The notes beneath the pieces were generated by a model. That model did not search any database. It was not told where the DNA came from and worked only from the letters and a program-made list of their open reading frames with translations. Positions 42,379 through 62,756 of a DNA stretch of 64,000 nucleotides are shown piece by piece; position 1 is the stretch's first letter; every line of letters starts with the position of its first letter. Location of the stretch: assembly GCA_963813155.1 (NCBI GenBank), contig CAWEYG010000001.1, forward strand, positions 1 to 64,000, read 5' to 3'. Both the position numbers and the translations under genes were made by a program. The stretch comes from an uncultured Acidobacteriota bacterium. GTDB lineage: Bacteria; Acidobacteriota; Thermoanaerobaculia; UBA5066; DATFVB01.

Positions 42379-43167
42379 ATGCGATCAAAACCGGCCCCTC
42401 CGCGCCGCCTCCGAGTCGGAATCCTCGGTCTCGGCAGGGCCGGAAAAGCGCTCCGCAACTCGCTTCGGGAGGCCGGCCACTCCGTCGCCCGCCTCTCGCG
42501 CGGAGGCGCGCCGCCGCGCGGAGACCTCGACTTGATCGTGCTCGCGGTTCCCGACGATGCGATTCGCGGGGAGAGCCGTCGCCTCGCGCGCCAGGGCGCC
42601 CGCTGCCGGATCGCGATGCACCTGTCCGGCGCCCTCGATTCCTCGGCGCTCGCGGCGCTCGGGAAAACGGGAGCAAGCGTCGTCTCCTTCCACCCCCTGC
42701 GCAGTTTTTCGGGCAAGCCCGGAGAGAGCTTTCACGGATGCTCCGTCGCGATCGAAGGAGAGCCGCCGGCGGCGCGAACGGCCCGGCGCCTCGCCCGGGA
42801 GTTCGGCGCGTCCCCCTGGAGCGTGTCCCGGGATGCGAAGCCGCTCTATCACGCGGCGGCCACTCTCGCGGCGGGAGGCACCGCCGCGCTCGTCGCGGCC
42901 GCTTCCCTCGCCGCCTCGGCCGCGGGGCTGCCCGCGCGGGCCGCTCAGCGCGAATTCGCCGCCCTGGCGGCCTCCGCCGCAGAGAACGTTCGCCGTCTCG
43001 GCTTCCCGGCCGGCGCGACCGGCCCGCTGGCCCGGGGCGATCGGGCGACCCTGAGGCTCCACCGGCGAGCTCTGGCTCGCGATCCGTCCCTTCGGCGGCT
43101 CTACCTCGAGCTCGCGCGAGCCTATCGAAGGTTAATGGTCGTTGACCGGCCCTCGGGGCGACACTAA
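42379..43167 (+). CDS. Rossmann-like + DUF2520 domain protein
   Basis: GLGRAG, LAVPDDAI, HLSGA, FHPL, YHAAA, TGPLARGD. Confidence 0.88.
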   Translation: MRSKPAPPRRLRVGILGLGRAGKALRNSLREAGHSVARLSRGGAPPRGDLDLIVLAVPDDAIRGESRRLARQGARCRIAMHLSGALDSSALAALGKTGASVVSFHPLRSFSGKPGESFHGCSVAIEGEPPAARTARRLAREFGASPWSVSRDAKPLYHAAATLAAGGTAALVAAASLAASAAGLPARAAQREFAALAASAAENVRRLGFPAGATGPLARGDRATLRLHRRALARDPSLRRLYLELARAYRRLMVVDRPSGRH

Positions 43168-43209
43168 AATACCCCCGTCGCTTAACTTCTCGTTGGAGCA
43201 AAGGTTTCG

Positions 43210-44574
43210 ATGGTTTTTTTCAACTATGCCACGATGCAGATGGCAGCCAAGGTCGTTTACTACGGCCCGGGGCTTTGTGGAAAAACTACGAACCTCCACC
43301 ACATCTACGGGAAGACCTCGCCGACCTCCCGCGGGGAGATGATCTCGCTCGAGACCGAAACGGACCGCACCCTCTTTTTCGACCTCCTTCCCATCGACGT
43401 CGGGATCATCGGCGGCTTCAAGACCCGGCTCCAGCTCTACACGGTCCCGGGACAGGTCTTCTACAACACGACGCGCAAGCTCGTGCTCCGGGGCGTCGAC
43501 GGCATCGTCTTCGTCGCCGATTCGCAGCGCGCGATGAAAGACGCGAACGTGGAGAGTTTCCAGAACATGGAGTCCAACCTCGGGGAGATCGGCCTGACCT
43601 CGAGCGACATCCCGCTCGTCCTGCAGTTCAACAAGAGGGACCTCTCGAACATCCTTCCCGTTCCCGAGTTGATCGACTCGCTCGATCCGACGGGGCAGTT
43701 TTCCCACCTCGAGGCGAGCGCCCTGCGCGGCGACGGAGTTTTCGAGACGCTCAAGGAAATTTCAAAGCTCACGCTCAAGTCCCTCAAGCGCAAAATGCTG
43801 GGCGAGGATCGCCCCGCCTCGCGCCCGACGGCGAGCCGCCCCAAGGCGCCGGCCGCCGCCGCGCCCGAGCCCCCTCCGGCTCCTTCCCTGGCGCCGGCGG
43901 AGGAGCCGAAGATCTCGCTGTCGGACCTGAGGGCCGACGCCGAGGCCGCGGCGACGGCGCTCGCGGAGCAGCTGGAGACCGACGGATTCTTCGAAAGCAC
44001 CGAGATGGTCGAGAGCGTCGACGAAATCGCGCCCGACGTCGAGCCGGCCGGAGAGGATTTCTCCACGCCCGTCATCGAGTTTCTCTCTCCCTCCGACGAG
44101 TCGCCAATGCCGGAGGAGGAACCGCTCGTCCCAGGGCCGCCGCCGGCGCCCGAAGAGCCGGTCCAGATCGACTTCGAGCAGGCCGCCGTGCCCTCCACGG
44201 GAGACGGGGTTCGCCACGTCAAGGTTCGCTCCAACGTGGACATCCTCTCGGAGCTGGAAAAGCTGCGAAAGAACGCGACGCTCAAACCGATGCCCGAGGC
44301 GGCGCCTGTGCGCCGGCCGACGGCGAGCGAAATCTCCCTCGACGATCTGCTCGCTTCGGGATCCAACCACCGCAAGGAAGTCCAGCGGCTCGTCGAAATC
44401 GAAATGAAGAAGAAGGATCTCAGCCGCGCGAGCCGGATCGTCGTCTCGCTCCGCCTCGACGACCCCAAGCACAAGGTGATCGGCGAGGAGCGCAGCTACG
44501 ACATCGACTTGAGCGACATGAAGGACGTGGAGAAGCTGCTGGTGTCCTTGAGGCTCCACGTGAACGGAAAATAG
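43210..44574 (+). CDS. MglA-family small GTPase with a long C-terminal extension
   Basis: YYGPGLCGKTTNL, DRTLFFD, TVPGQ, NKRD. Confidence 0.9.
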   Translation: MVFFNYATMQMAAKVVYYGPGLCGKTTNLHHIYGKTSPTSRGEMISLETETDRTLFFDLLPIDVGIIGGFKTRLQLYTVPGQVFYNTTRKLVLRGVDGIVFVADSQRAMKDANVESFQNMESNLGEIGLTSSDIPLVLQFNKRDLSNILPVPELIDSLDPTGQFSHLEASALRGDGVFETLKEISKLTLKSLKRKMLGEDRPASRPTASRPKAPAAAAPEPPPAPSLAPAEEPKISLSDLRADAEAAATALAEQLETDGFFESTEMVESVDEIAPDVEPAGEDFSTPVIEFLSPSDESPMPEEEPLVPGPPPAPEEPVQIDFEQAAVPSTGDGVRHVKVRSNVDILSELEKLRKNATLKPMPEAAPVRRPTASEISLDDLLASGSNHRKEVQRLVEIEMKKKDLSRASRIVVSLRLDDPKHKVIGEERSYDIDLSDMKDVEKLLVSLRLHVNGK

Positions 44575-44585
44575 CGTACAATCCG

Positions 44586-46247
44586 ATGGTGCGGCCCAGC
44601 CGGCCAGGCCTTCCACGCGCTTTCCCGACTGTGGCAGCGATCCTGCTTTCGCTGGCTCTCTCATCCTGCGCGCCCACTCAACGGCCGAGACTTTCCGTCG
44701 TCGCGATTCCAGCTCGCCCGTCCGCTCCTTCCCTGATCGAGCGGTCGAGCGACTTCTTCTACTCCGGGAAGAGGGCCGCCCTTTCGGGCGACTTCGAGTG
44801 CGCCGAAGATCAATTTCAACTCGCGTTGAACGCTGTCATTCCGCCCGCCGGGCCGCGCCCGGAAGCTTCCGACGTGACCGAGTTCTCCGCCTCGCTGTAC
44901 GAGAGCATTCGCCGCTACGAGGCGATGGCCCAGACCGCCGCGGAAGCCGATCCGCAGGAAGCGCGCGACACGCCCGACGAGCTCGTCGGGGTCTCGGGCC
45001 AGAACTCTGCGGCGGATCTCGCCCTCGCGCGCGAGGAAGTGAAGACCGACGACCGCGCGGCGGCGTTCGATCTTCCGGTCGCCGTCAACGAGCAGGTGCT
45101 GAACATGGTTGCGAGCTTCTCGGCCCGGCCGGGTGTTCGCCACCGCTTCGAAGAAGGCCTCGGGAGAGCCGGCAAGTACATGCCGATGATCCGCGCCGTC
45201 CTCGAGCGCGAGGGGCTTCCGAAAGACCTGGCCTACGTCGCGATGATCGAGTCGTCGTTCAAGACCCGGGCCCGGTCCCGGGCACGGGCGCAGGGCGTCT
45301 GGCAGTTCATCGGAGCCACCGGCCGCCGCTACGGGCTCCACCGGACCGCGGCCGTCGACGAGCGGTCGGATCCGGTGAAAGCGACGGAAGCGGCGGCGGG
45401 CTATTTCAAGGACCTCCACGAAATCTTCAACGACTGGTACCTCGCGATGGCCGCTTATGACGCCGGCGAGGGACGGGTCGCTCGCGCGCTCGCGCGGACC
45501 GGCGCCGAAACCTACTGGGATCTCTGCCGTCTCGGAGCGCTCCCGAAGGAAACCCGGCTGTATGTGCCGTCCGTGATCGCCGCCGCGCTGATCGACAAAA
45601 ACCCTGCGCACTACGGTTTCCACGTCGAGCCGGAAGCGCCGGTTGCGTTCGAAACGGTCCGGCTGAACAAGCCGGTCAACGTCCACCGCCTCGCCCAGAC
45701 GTGCCGCCTGGATGCCGACGAGCTCCTCGAGCTGAACCCGGAGCTGCGCGGCTCGACGACGCCGAAAAACCCGTCCGGATACGACCTTCGTGTCCCCGTC
45801 GGCGCCGGAGAAATCGTGAACGCCCGCCTCGGCCAGGTTCCGGCAGCCGCGGCCCCCTCCCTGCGGCAGTACCGCGTTCGAAAGGGCGAAACCCTCGCGA
45901 GAGTGGCGCGACGCTACGGCGTCTCGCTCGCCTCGCTCGCCGAAGCGAACGACCTGAGCCCCCGAGCGCGGCTCACCCCGAGACGGCTCCTCGTGATTCC
46001 CGAGCGGGAGGAGGCCTCCGTCTCGCGCCGGCCGAAGAAGCGGGACAGCCGACGGACCGCCGAGGCGAGCGAGGCGGCACCCGACCGAACCGCCTCCGCC
46101 TACAGCGTCCGGAAGGGGGACACGCTCTTCTCGATCGCCAACTCCCACCACACGACGGTCCAGAAGCTCCGGGAGTGGAACCGCCTCGATGCGAGCAACG
46201 CGATCCAGCCGGGAGACCGCCTGAATCTCGCGCCCGCCAACCGCTGA
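44586..46247 (+). CDS. MltD-like lytic transglycosylase lipoprotein with LysM domains
   Basis: Lipobox LSSC, AMIESSF, GVWQFI, AAYDAGEG, two LysM repeats. Confidence 0.92.
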   Translation: MVRPSRPGLPRAFPTVAAILLSLALSSCAPTQRPRLSVVAIPARPSAPSLIERSSDFFYSGKRAALSGDFECAEDQFQLALNAVIPPAGPRPEASDVTEFSASLYESIRRYEAMAQTAAEADPQEARDTPDELVGVSGQNSAADLALAREEVKTDDRAAAFDLPVAVNEQVLNMVASFSARPGVRHRFEEGLGRAGKYMPMIRAVLEREGLPKDLAYVAMIESSFKTRARSRARAQGVWQFIGATGRRYGLHRTAAVDERSDPVKATEAAAGYFKDLHEIFNDWYLAMAAYDAGEGRVARALARTGAETYWDLCRLGALPKETRLYVPSVIAAALIDKNPAHYGFHVEPEAPVAFETVRLNKPVNVHRLAQTCRLDADELLELNPELRGSTTPKNPSGYDLRVPVGAGEIVNARLGQVPAAAAPSLRQYRVRKGETLARVARRYGVSLASLAEANDLSPRARLTPRRLLVIPEREEASVSRRPKKRDSRRTAEASEAAPDRTASAYSVRKGDTLFSIANSHHTTVQKLREWNRLDASNAIQPGDRLNLAPANR

Positions 46248-46250
46248 GCG

Positions 46251-46270
46251 CGGGAGCCCTCCCCTTTTTC
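46251..46270 (+). terminator. Possible short intrinsic terminator
   Basis: GGGA-gccc-TCCC followed by CTTTTT just after the stop codon. Confidence 0.3.
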
Positions 46271-46392
46271 GTCGCGCCCGCCCTTGTGATCCCGGCCAGA
46301 ATCCGCTAAGCTTCTCGAGTCCTCACCCCGGGTCCTCACCGAACAATTCGCGCCTGGTCAGCTCCGTTCTTCGGCCCCCCGAAGGAGGAACC

Positions 46393-54749
<8,357 letters not shown>

Positions 54750-54775
54750 CAGCGCGACGATAGCACCGGTCAGAT

Positions 54776-54882
54776 TCTCCCTCTCCCCTTGTGGGAGAGG
54801 GTCGGGGTGAGGGGTAGTCACAGGGTCGCGCCCCCTCACCCGCCGCTGCGCGGCGGCCTCTCCCACAGGGGGAGAGGCGAAG
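54776..54882 (+). repeat. CCCTCTCCC/GGGAGAGGG palindromic repeat, copy 3
   Basis: Near-identical to copies 1 and 2. Confidence 0.9.
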
Positions 54883-54889
54883 ACGAGCC

Positions 54890-55483
54890 CTACGACTTCG
54901 CGGCGCGCAGCTGCGAGATCTGGACCTGGAGGTCGGCGAGCCGCGGCAGCTCGGGGTGTTCCTTCTTCAGGCGATCGAACGTCGTCTGGGCGTTCTGGGC
55001 GTCTTTCAAATCGAACGCGTAGACGAGCGTCATGTTGAGCAGCGACTGCGCATGGGTCGGAGCGACCTTCTGCGCCCGCTCGTACATGTCGAGGGCTTTG
55101 CGAAATTCCCCGAGGTTCCGGTAGCTCGAGCCGAGGTCCGTCAGCACGTTCGGATCGCTTCCGCGGGAAGGGAGCGCTTTCTCGTAGGCCTGGGTAGCCG
55201 AGCTCCAGTCCGCCATGTCGTAGTACGTGTTCGCGAGCTGCAGCTCCAGGTCCGCGTTTTGCGGGTCGCGCGCGAGGGCGTTCTGCAGGTCCTTGACCTT
55301 CGCGAGAAGCTCGGGAGAGGCAGAGACCGCCGGCCCTCCGCCGCCGGCCGCCGGGGACGCGGTCGATGACGCCGAAGGCGCGGCCGCCGCGGCCGGCGCG
55401 CGACCGCCGAAGCCCACGAAGTAGCCGACGATGAACCCCGCGAGGAGACCGCACACCGTGAAGAGCACGTTGTCGCGATTCAC
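54890..55483 (-). CDS. Membrane-anchored TPR protein
   Basis: N-terminal TM helix, TPRs LANTYYD, LTDLGSSYRNLG. Confidence 0.8.
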   Translation of the reverse strand: MNRDNVLFTVCGLLAGFIVGYFVGFGGRAPAAAAAPSASSTASPAAGGGGPAVSASPELLAKVKDLQNALARDPQNADLELQLANTYYDMADWSSATQAYEKALPSRGSDPNVLTDLGSSYRNLGEFRKALDMYERAQKVAPTHAQSLLNMTLVYAFDLKDAQNAQTTFDRLKKEHPELPRLADLQVQISQLRAAKS

Positions 55484-56193
55484 TTCTCCTCCGGGTCCGA
55501 CGTCTGTTTCCGCGCGCTCCAGGTCCCCGAGGAGGCCGCTCCGCCCGACACGTCCGTGGACTCCCATGTTCCCGCCAGCGACGACCCGTCCCGGGAGAGC
55601 CTCCCGTAGTAAACGGCGTTGAGTCCCAGCCGCGAGTCCACGCGGTCGAGCTTCAGCCGATCCGCGACGAGCGTTCCGCGGACGGATCCGGTGAAGCCGC
55701 CTTCCAGCGTGTAGTCGCCCGAGACGAGCGTGCCGTCGAGCGACAGGTGAAGGTCGCCCTCCTGCTCGCCGGGATCGACCCGCATCTTCCAGTCGCCCGA
55801 AAGCAAGTCCTCCCGGCGTCCCCGCCCTCCGGAATCCTTCTCGAGCCCCGCGATTCTCTCGCGGACGTCGGCAATGCGCCCGAGGCAGAGTCGCTGCTCC
55901 AGGACGAGCGCCTCGACGGCAGACGCCGTGCGCGCGAGCGCGTCGGCCGATTCTCCCCAGGCTCCATCGGGCCGCGACGCGGCGTCGGACGCCGCCCGCG
56001 ACGAAGCCGAGAGCTCCGCGAGGGCGGCTTCGAGCTTGCGCGTCGCCTCGTTGAACCGGCGGTTCTCGGTCGCGAGTTGCCGCCGTTCGAGAGCGAGAAT
56101 CGAGCGGACCGCTTCGGTGCGGGCGTCGCCAAAAAGAAATGCCGCCATCGAAATGGCGGCAATCGCGATCAGGAACTTGCCGGGCCTTGCCAT
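55480..56193 (-). CDS. Exported hypothetical protein (coiled coil + small beta-barrel)
   Basis: Signal peptide, coiled coil, LSGDW...GTW...GTWSA motifs. Confidence 0.7.
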   Translation of the reverse strand: MARPGKFLIAIAAISMAAFLFGDARTEAVRSILALERRQLATENRRFNEATRKLEAALAELSASSRAASDAASRPDGAWGESADALARTASAVEALVLEQRLCLGRIADVRERIAGLEKDSGGRGRREDLLSGDWKMRVDPGEQEGDLHLSLDGTLVSGDYTLEGGFTGSVRGTLVADRLKLDRVDSRLGLNAVYYGRLSRDGSSLAGTWESTDVSGGAASSGTWSARKQTSDPEEK

Positions 56194-56204
56194 GGGGCAG
56201 GTGG

Positions 56205-56711
56205 TCAGTTCGAGGCGGACTTTTGCATCGACCGGGCGAGCGCCCGATCCACCCGGCGCGTGACTTCTTCCTCGCTCGCCCCGTCGATCACCGCGATCTC
56301 GGAAACGATGAGGTACTTCGCGCGCTCGTACATCTTCTTCTCGCGGAACGAAAGGGCCTTCTTCTGCATCACGTGATTCAGGGCCTTCAGCACCTCGGCG
56401 ATGTCCTGCAGCCGTCCGCTCTTCATCTTGTCCAGATTCTGCTTGTACCTTCCCTTCCAGTCGGCCAGGGGAGAGACCCGCCCGTTGGCCAGGGTCCGCA
56501 GAAGAGAATTGACTTCCTTCCGGATCGTGAGGCGGCGGAGCCCGATCAGATCGCTGTTTTCGATCGGAACCATCACCTTGGAATTGTTGGAAATCAGCCT
56601 CAGGTGGAGATAAGTATTTCGCAGGCCGGCGATTTCCGATTCGCGGATCTGCTCCACGATCGAAACCCCGTGGTTGGGATAGACAATCTTCTCACCAACT
56701 CGAAATCCCAA
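56205..56711 (-). CDS. carD: CarD family transcriptional regulator
   Basis: FRVGEKIVYPNHGV, VMVP, WKGRY, LSFREKKM. Confidence 0.92.
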   Translation of the reverse strand: MGFRVGEKIVYPNHGVSIVEQIRESEIAGLRNTYLHLRLISNNSKVMVPIENSDLIGLRRLTIRKEVNSLLRTLANGRVSPLADWKGRYKQNLDKMKSGRLQDIAEVLKALNHVMQKKALSFREKKMYERAKYLIVSEIAVIDGASEEEVTRRVDRALARSMQKSASN

Positions 56712-56854
56712 GTCAGCCTCCTTCGTCGAGCCCCCAATTCTACCCGAACGGGCCGCCCGCGTCAAATCGGCGCGTCCGACCGAGGGGAGGCGTCCCCTCG
56801 GCTCCCCTCCCTTGATCTTGACTGGCCCATCCGGCGACTCGATAATCGCCTCGC

Positions 56855-56941
56855 GCCGGAGTGGTGAAATTGGTAGACGCACGGGACTCAAAATCCCGCG
56901 GGGGCAACCCCATGTCGGTTCGATTCCGACCTCCGGCACCA
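56855..56941 (+). tRNA. tRNA-Leu (CAA)
   Basis: Anticodon arm CGGGA-CTCAAAA-TCCCG, long variable arm, GGTTCGATTCC, CCA end. Confidence 0.96.
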
Positions 56942-57032
56942 CCCGCCTCCCGGATGAGTTATTTCCGCGCATCTTCCACAAAATACGGAGGAAACAGCCC
57001 GGGCGTCTAGGACCCGGGACGCCAGGGCAACG

Positions 57033-57665
57033 TCAGCGCCAGGGCTTTGTCACCCAGAGAGAACGCCGATCGCAAAGACTGGCTTCGATTTCGGCCAGGC
57101 GAGCCCTCCACGAGACCCCTGGAATCAGCTCGTCGATGAGGCCGAGCCGAAGCGCCGAGGCCGAGTCGAAGACCTCCCCGCCGCGAAAGAGCCGGCGCGC
57201 GCCCGCGGCGCCGAGGAGGAGGGGCGCGAGAACGGTTCCTCCCCAACCGGTGATGAACCCGAGGCGAGGCCCCGGGTGGCAGAAGGTCGCGCGCGTCGAA
57301 GCGAGGCGAACGTCGCAGCCCATGGCGAGATCGAGCGCTCCGCCGAAGCAGGCGCCGTCGATTTCGGCGACGATCGCCGCCGGAACCCTCGCGAGAGAGA
57401 AAATCGCCTCCTGCCCCTTCCGGGCATAGGAGTGGGCGTCCGGCCCGCTCAACTCGCGGATCCGTGTCAGGTCGGCTCCCGCGGCGAAGAGCCCTTCGCG
57501 GCGCGATTCGACCGTGATCAGAGAGCTTCCCCTTCCGCTTTCGGCCGCCGCGCCTTCGGCGAGCTCCGCGAGAAGCCCGGGCGAAAGGGTCTGCCGCCCG
57601 TCGTCGGAATCGAGCCGGAAGCGCGAGACCGCGCCGTCCCGCTCGATTGTCCAGAAGGCCGTCAC
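57033..57665 (-). CDS. Enoyl-CoA hydratase/isomerase family protein
   Basis: [26 protein letters not shown]. Confidence 0.85.
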   Translation of the reverse strand: MTAFWTIERDGAVSRFRLDSDDGRQTLSPGLLAELAEGAAAESGRGSSLITVESRREGLFAAGADLTRIRELSGPDAHSYARKGQEAIFSLARVPAAIVAEIDGACFGGALDLAMGCDVRLASTRATFCHPGPRLGFITGWGGTVLAPLLLGAAGARRLFRGGEVFDSASALRLGLIDELIPGVSWRARLAEIEASLCDRRSLWVTKPWR

Positions 57666-58081
57666 GCCTTCTGTTTTTGTCCGGTTCTTTGTCCGATTTC
57701 CTGCTGGATGAAGGCAACGATGTCGCGGGTGGACGACCCGGGAAGAAAGATCTTCCGGATGCCCAGCTTCAGGAGGGATTCGATGTCCTTCTCGGGGATG
57801 ATCCCGCCGACGAAAACGGGGATGTCGGCGCCTCCGCGCCGTTTGAGCTCTTCGAGGGTCTCGGGAACGAGCACGTTGTGCGCCCCCGACAGGATCGAGA
57901 TCCCGACGCAATCGACGTCCTCCTGCACCGCGGCGGCCGCAATTTGCGCGGGAGTCTGGCGCAGGCCCGTGTAGATGACCTCCATCCCGGCGTCGCGAAG
58001 GGCGCGGGCGACGACCTTGGCTCCCCGGTCGTGGCCGTCCAGACCGGGCTTCGCCACGAGGACTCTCAGCGGATGGTCCAT
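57662..58081 (-). CDS. Cobalamin-binding subunit of an acyl-CoA mutase
   Basis: [22 protein letters not shown]. Confidence 0.93.
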   Translation of the reverse strand: MDHPLRVLVAKPGLDGHDRGAKVVARALRDAGMEVIYTGLRQTPAQIAAAAVQEDVDCVGISILSGAHNVLVPETLEELKRRGGADIPVFVGGIIPEKDIESLLKLGIRKIFLPGSSTRDIVAFIQQEIGQRTGQKQKA

Positions 58082-58149
58082 AAGCTGCGGGAATTCTAAC
58101 AGATCCGTTCCGTCTCCTCGACCCCGCCCCGCTCGCGTAAGATTCCTCC

Positions 58150-59158
58150 GTGCCAGGCCCCCTGTCCCCCGACCAGGCCGTCCGCGACGCGTTCCGGTCG
58201 GGGCTCCTGCCGAAGGCGTCGCGCCTGCTGCTCGCCGTCTCGGGAGGCGCCGATTCGATGGCTCTCGTCGCGGCCTTTCGGGAGGTCGCCCCGGAATTCG
58301 AGGTCGAATTCGAGGCGGCCCACGTGGACCACGGGTGGCGCGGGAAAGAAGGAAGAGCCCACGCCGATTTCGTCGCGCCGCTTCTGCCGGAGGCGGGCGA
58401 TTCCGTTCCACCTGGCCGCGGGACGGGTCGACTCGAAGGGCCGATCTCGCGAGGACGCGGCCCGGGATTTTCGGTATGACCGCCTCCGCTCGATCGCGGG
58501 CGAAATCGGCGCCGCGGGCATCGTCACGGCGCACACGCTGGACGATTCCGCCGAAACGTTGCTGCTCGCCCTGCTGCGCGGGCGGCCGCTCGGCGGCCTG
58601 GCGGGAATCCGCGAGCGGCGCGACGACGCGGTCCTTCGGCCTTTTCTCGGAGTGTCGCGCCAGAGCGTCCTGCGTTTCCTCCGCTCGCGGCGCGTGCCGT
58701 ATCGCTCCGACTCCTCGAACCGCGACGTCTCCCTCGACCGGAACTGGATCCGGCGAAAGGTCCTGCCCTCGCTCGCCCGGCGGTTCGGGCATTCCGTCGG
58801 CGCGAATCTCGCGGCATCGGCCGAGGCGCTGTCCCGCGACCGCGAATGGATCGAGGAGATCTTCCGCCGCGAGGCGGAATCCGCTCTCGAGCTGTCGCCG
58901 GGGACCGCCAGCGTGCGCCTCTCCGCGCTCGCCGGGCTTCCGTCCGCGGGGGTTCGCCGCATTCTCCTCGTCATGGCGCGGACGGCCGGCGGCGACCGGT
59001 TCGCCCCGACCCGGCGCGAGCTTCTCGCGATCGAGCGCCTCGCGGCCGACGGCGGGGAGTTTCGTTTTCAGGCGGGACGGAGAGTGGATTTCATCGCCCG
59101 CCGCGGCCGCCTGCGCGCCCTTGCGGCGACGCGAAAAGCGAGCCCGAAAACGAGATAG
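58150..59158 (+). CDS. tilS: tRNA(Ile)-lysidine synthetase, frameshifted near 58380
   Basis: [28 protein letters not shown]...RNWIR. Confidence 0.92.
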
Positions 59159-59176
59159 AATCTCGGCGATCAGAGC

Positions 59177-59716
59177 ATGCAGTCCGAGCTGACCCTGAAA
59201 TACACCGCCGAGGAAATCGAGTCCCGCGTCACGGACGTGGCCGGACGCATCGGAAGGGACTATCGGGACCGCCCCCTCGTGCTCGTGTCGCTCCTGAAGG
59301 GATCGGCGTTCTTTCTCGCCGATCTGAGCCGCAAAATCGACGCTCCCCACGGCTACGAATTCATCAACGTGATCCGCCGCGAGTCCGGGGGAAGCGAATC
59401 GATCGAGATCGACTTTTCGACTCCCCTTTCGATCGCCGGCAAAGACGTGGTCGTTCTCAAGGACGTCGTCAACACCGGGATCATCGAGGCCTACCTGATG
59501 AACCAGCTGCGAACCGACGGGCCGGCCTCGATCCGCTTCGCCGCGATCGTCGACAAGCCCAACGAGAGGCGGACCTCGGTTCTCGTGGATTACGCTCTCT
59601 TCACCTCCCAGGACGCCGACCTGCTCGTCGGTTACGGCATGGAGCAGGGGGGCCGGTTCGGGCACCTTCCGAGCATTGCGTCGATCTCGGCTCCCGCCGG
59701 CCAGAACGGGCAATAA
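59177..59716 (+). CDS. hpt: Hypoxanthine phosphoribosyltransferase-like protein with degenerate motifs
   Basis: [20 protein letters not shown] and tilS-ftsH synteny; PRPP motif reads KDVVNTG. Confidence 0.75.
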   Translation: MQSELTLKYTAEEIESRVTDVAGRIGRDYRDRPLVLVSLLKGSAFFLADLSRKIDAPHGYEFINVIRRESGGSESIEIDFSTPLSIAGKDVVVLKDVVNTGIIEAYLMNQLRTDGPASIRFAAIVDKPNERRTSVLVDYALFTSQDADLLVGYGMEQGGRFGHLPSIASISAPAGQNGQ

Positions 59717-59776
59717 ATCCGGCCGGGGTTCCGTTATGCTTGGGGCGGGCACAGGCCCGGGCAAGGAGAGATCGCT

Positions 59777-61694
<1,918 letters not shown>

Positions 61695-61705
61695 CAGTTC
61701 CCAAA

Positions 61706-61845
61706 GGCTCGCTCGGCCCGATCGCGGCCTAGCCCCTGCGCCGACTCGGCAAGTCTTCTCGACCCTCGGCCGCAGTTCGCTTTCCCTCGGGATCTCGAAG
61801 ACCAGCCTGCGCCGGCGCGTTGACCCCGCCGCTCGCCGGCCTCGC
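61706..61845 (+). repeat. Structured intergenic hairpin element, copy B
   Basis: Homologous to 9270-9413 with an identical 39-nt core. Confidence 0.85.
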
Positions 61846-61892
61846 TCGAGAGAGGTCCCCCAGCCTCTACCGCGTGCCGATAAGATCCCTTT

Positions 61893-62756
61893 GTGGACTG
61901 GCCCTCGCTGCTCGCGGACCGCCCCCTGCCCCTCGTCATGGGGATCGTGAACGTCACGCCCGACTCGTTCTCCGACGGCGGCCGGTTTTTCGCCGCCGAC
62001 GCCGCAGTCGAGCACGGGCTGCGGCTCGCCGCCGAGGGCGCCGACATCCTCGACATCGGCGGCGAATCGACGCGACCGCCCCGCTACGGCGCCGCCGAGG
62101 AGGTCCCCGCCCCGGAGGAGCTCCGGCGCGTCCTGCCGGTCATCGAAAAACTCGCTACGCGCGTCGGAATCCCGATCTCGATCGACTCGCGCAAAGCCGC
62201 CGTTGCCCGCGCCGCGCTCTCGGCGGGCGCCTCGATCGTCAACGACGTCACGGCGCTCCGGCACGACCCGGAGATGTCCGCGGTCGCCGCCTCGTCTGGC
62301 GCGTGCGTCATCCTGATGCACATGCGGGGGACCGATCCGGCCACGATGCAGTCGGACCTCGCCTATGGCGACCTGATCGGGGAGGTGCGAAGTTTTCTCG
62401 CGCATTCCGCCGCGGAGGCCGTCCGGAAGGGAATCGCGCCGCAGCGGATCGCGCTCGATCCGGGCCTGGGATTCAGCAAAAACGCTGCGCAGAGCGCGGC
62501 GCTGCTCCGCGAGATCGAATCGATCCGCGGCCTCGGTTATCCCGTCGTCGTCGGGGCCTCGAGGAAGAATTTCGCGAGGACCCTTTCGGGCGCGCCCGAG
62601 GAGGGACCCGTCGCGACCCGGCTGCCCGGCTCGCTCGCGTGCGCCGGCTTCGCCGCCCGGCACGGCGCCGCGATTCTGCGCGTCCATGACGTCGCCGAGA
62701 CCGTCGCGTACCTGAAAATGTCACGGGCGATCGAGAACGTTACAATGGGGCGATGA
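61893..62756 (+). CDS. folP: Dihydropteroate synthase
   Basis: NVTPDSFSDGG, GGESTRP, DPGLGF, SRK, RVHDV. Confidence 0.96.
   Translation: MDWPSLLADRPLPLVMGIVNVTPDSFSDGGRFFAADAAVEHGLRLAAEGADILDIGGESTRPPRYGAAEEVPAPEELRRVLPVIEKLATRVGIPISIDSRKAAVARAALSAGASIVNDVTALRHDPEMSAVAASSGACVILMHMRGTDPATMQSDLAYGDLIGEVRSFLAHSAAEAVRKGIAPQRIALDPGLGFSKNAAQSAALLREIESIRGLGYPVVVGASRKNFARTLSGAPEEGPVATRLPGSLACAGFAARHGAAILRVHDVAETVAYLKMSRAIENVTMGR

Noticed and set aside
56205-56941. Regulatory link between tRNA-Leu(CAA) and the TTG start of the divergent carD
   Set aside because: Start codons are read by initiator tRNA, and TTG starts are common in this window
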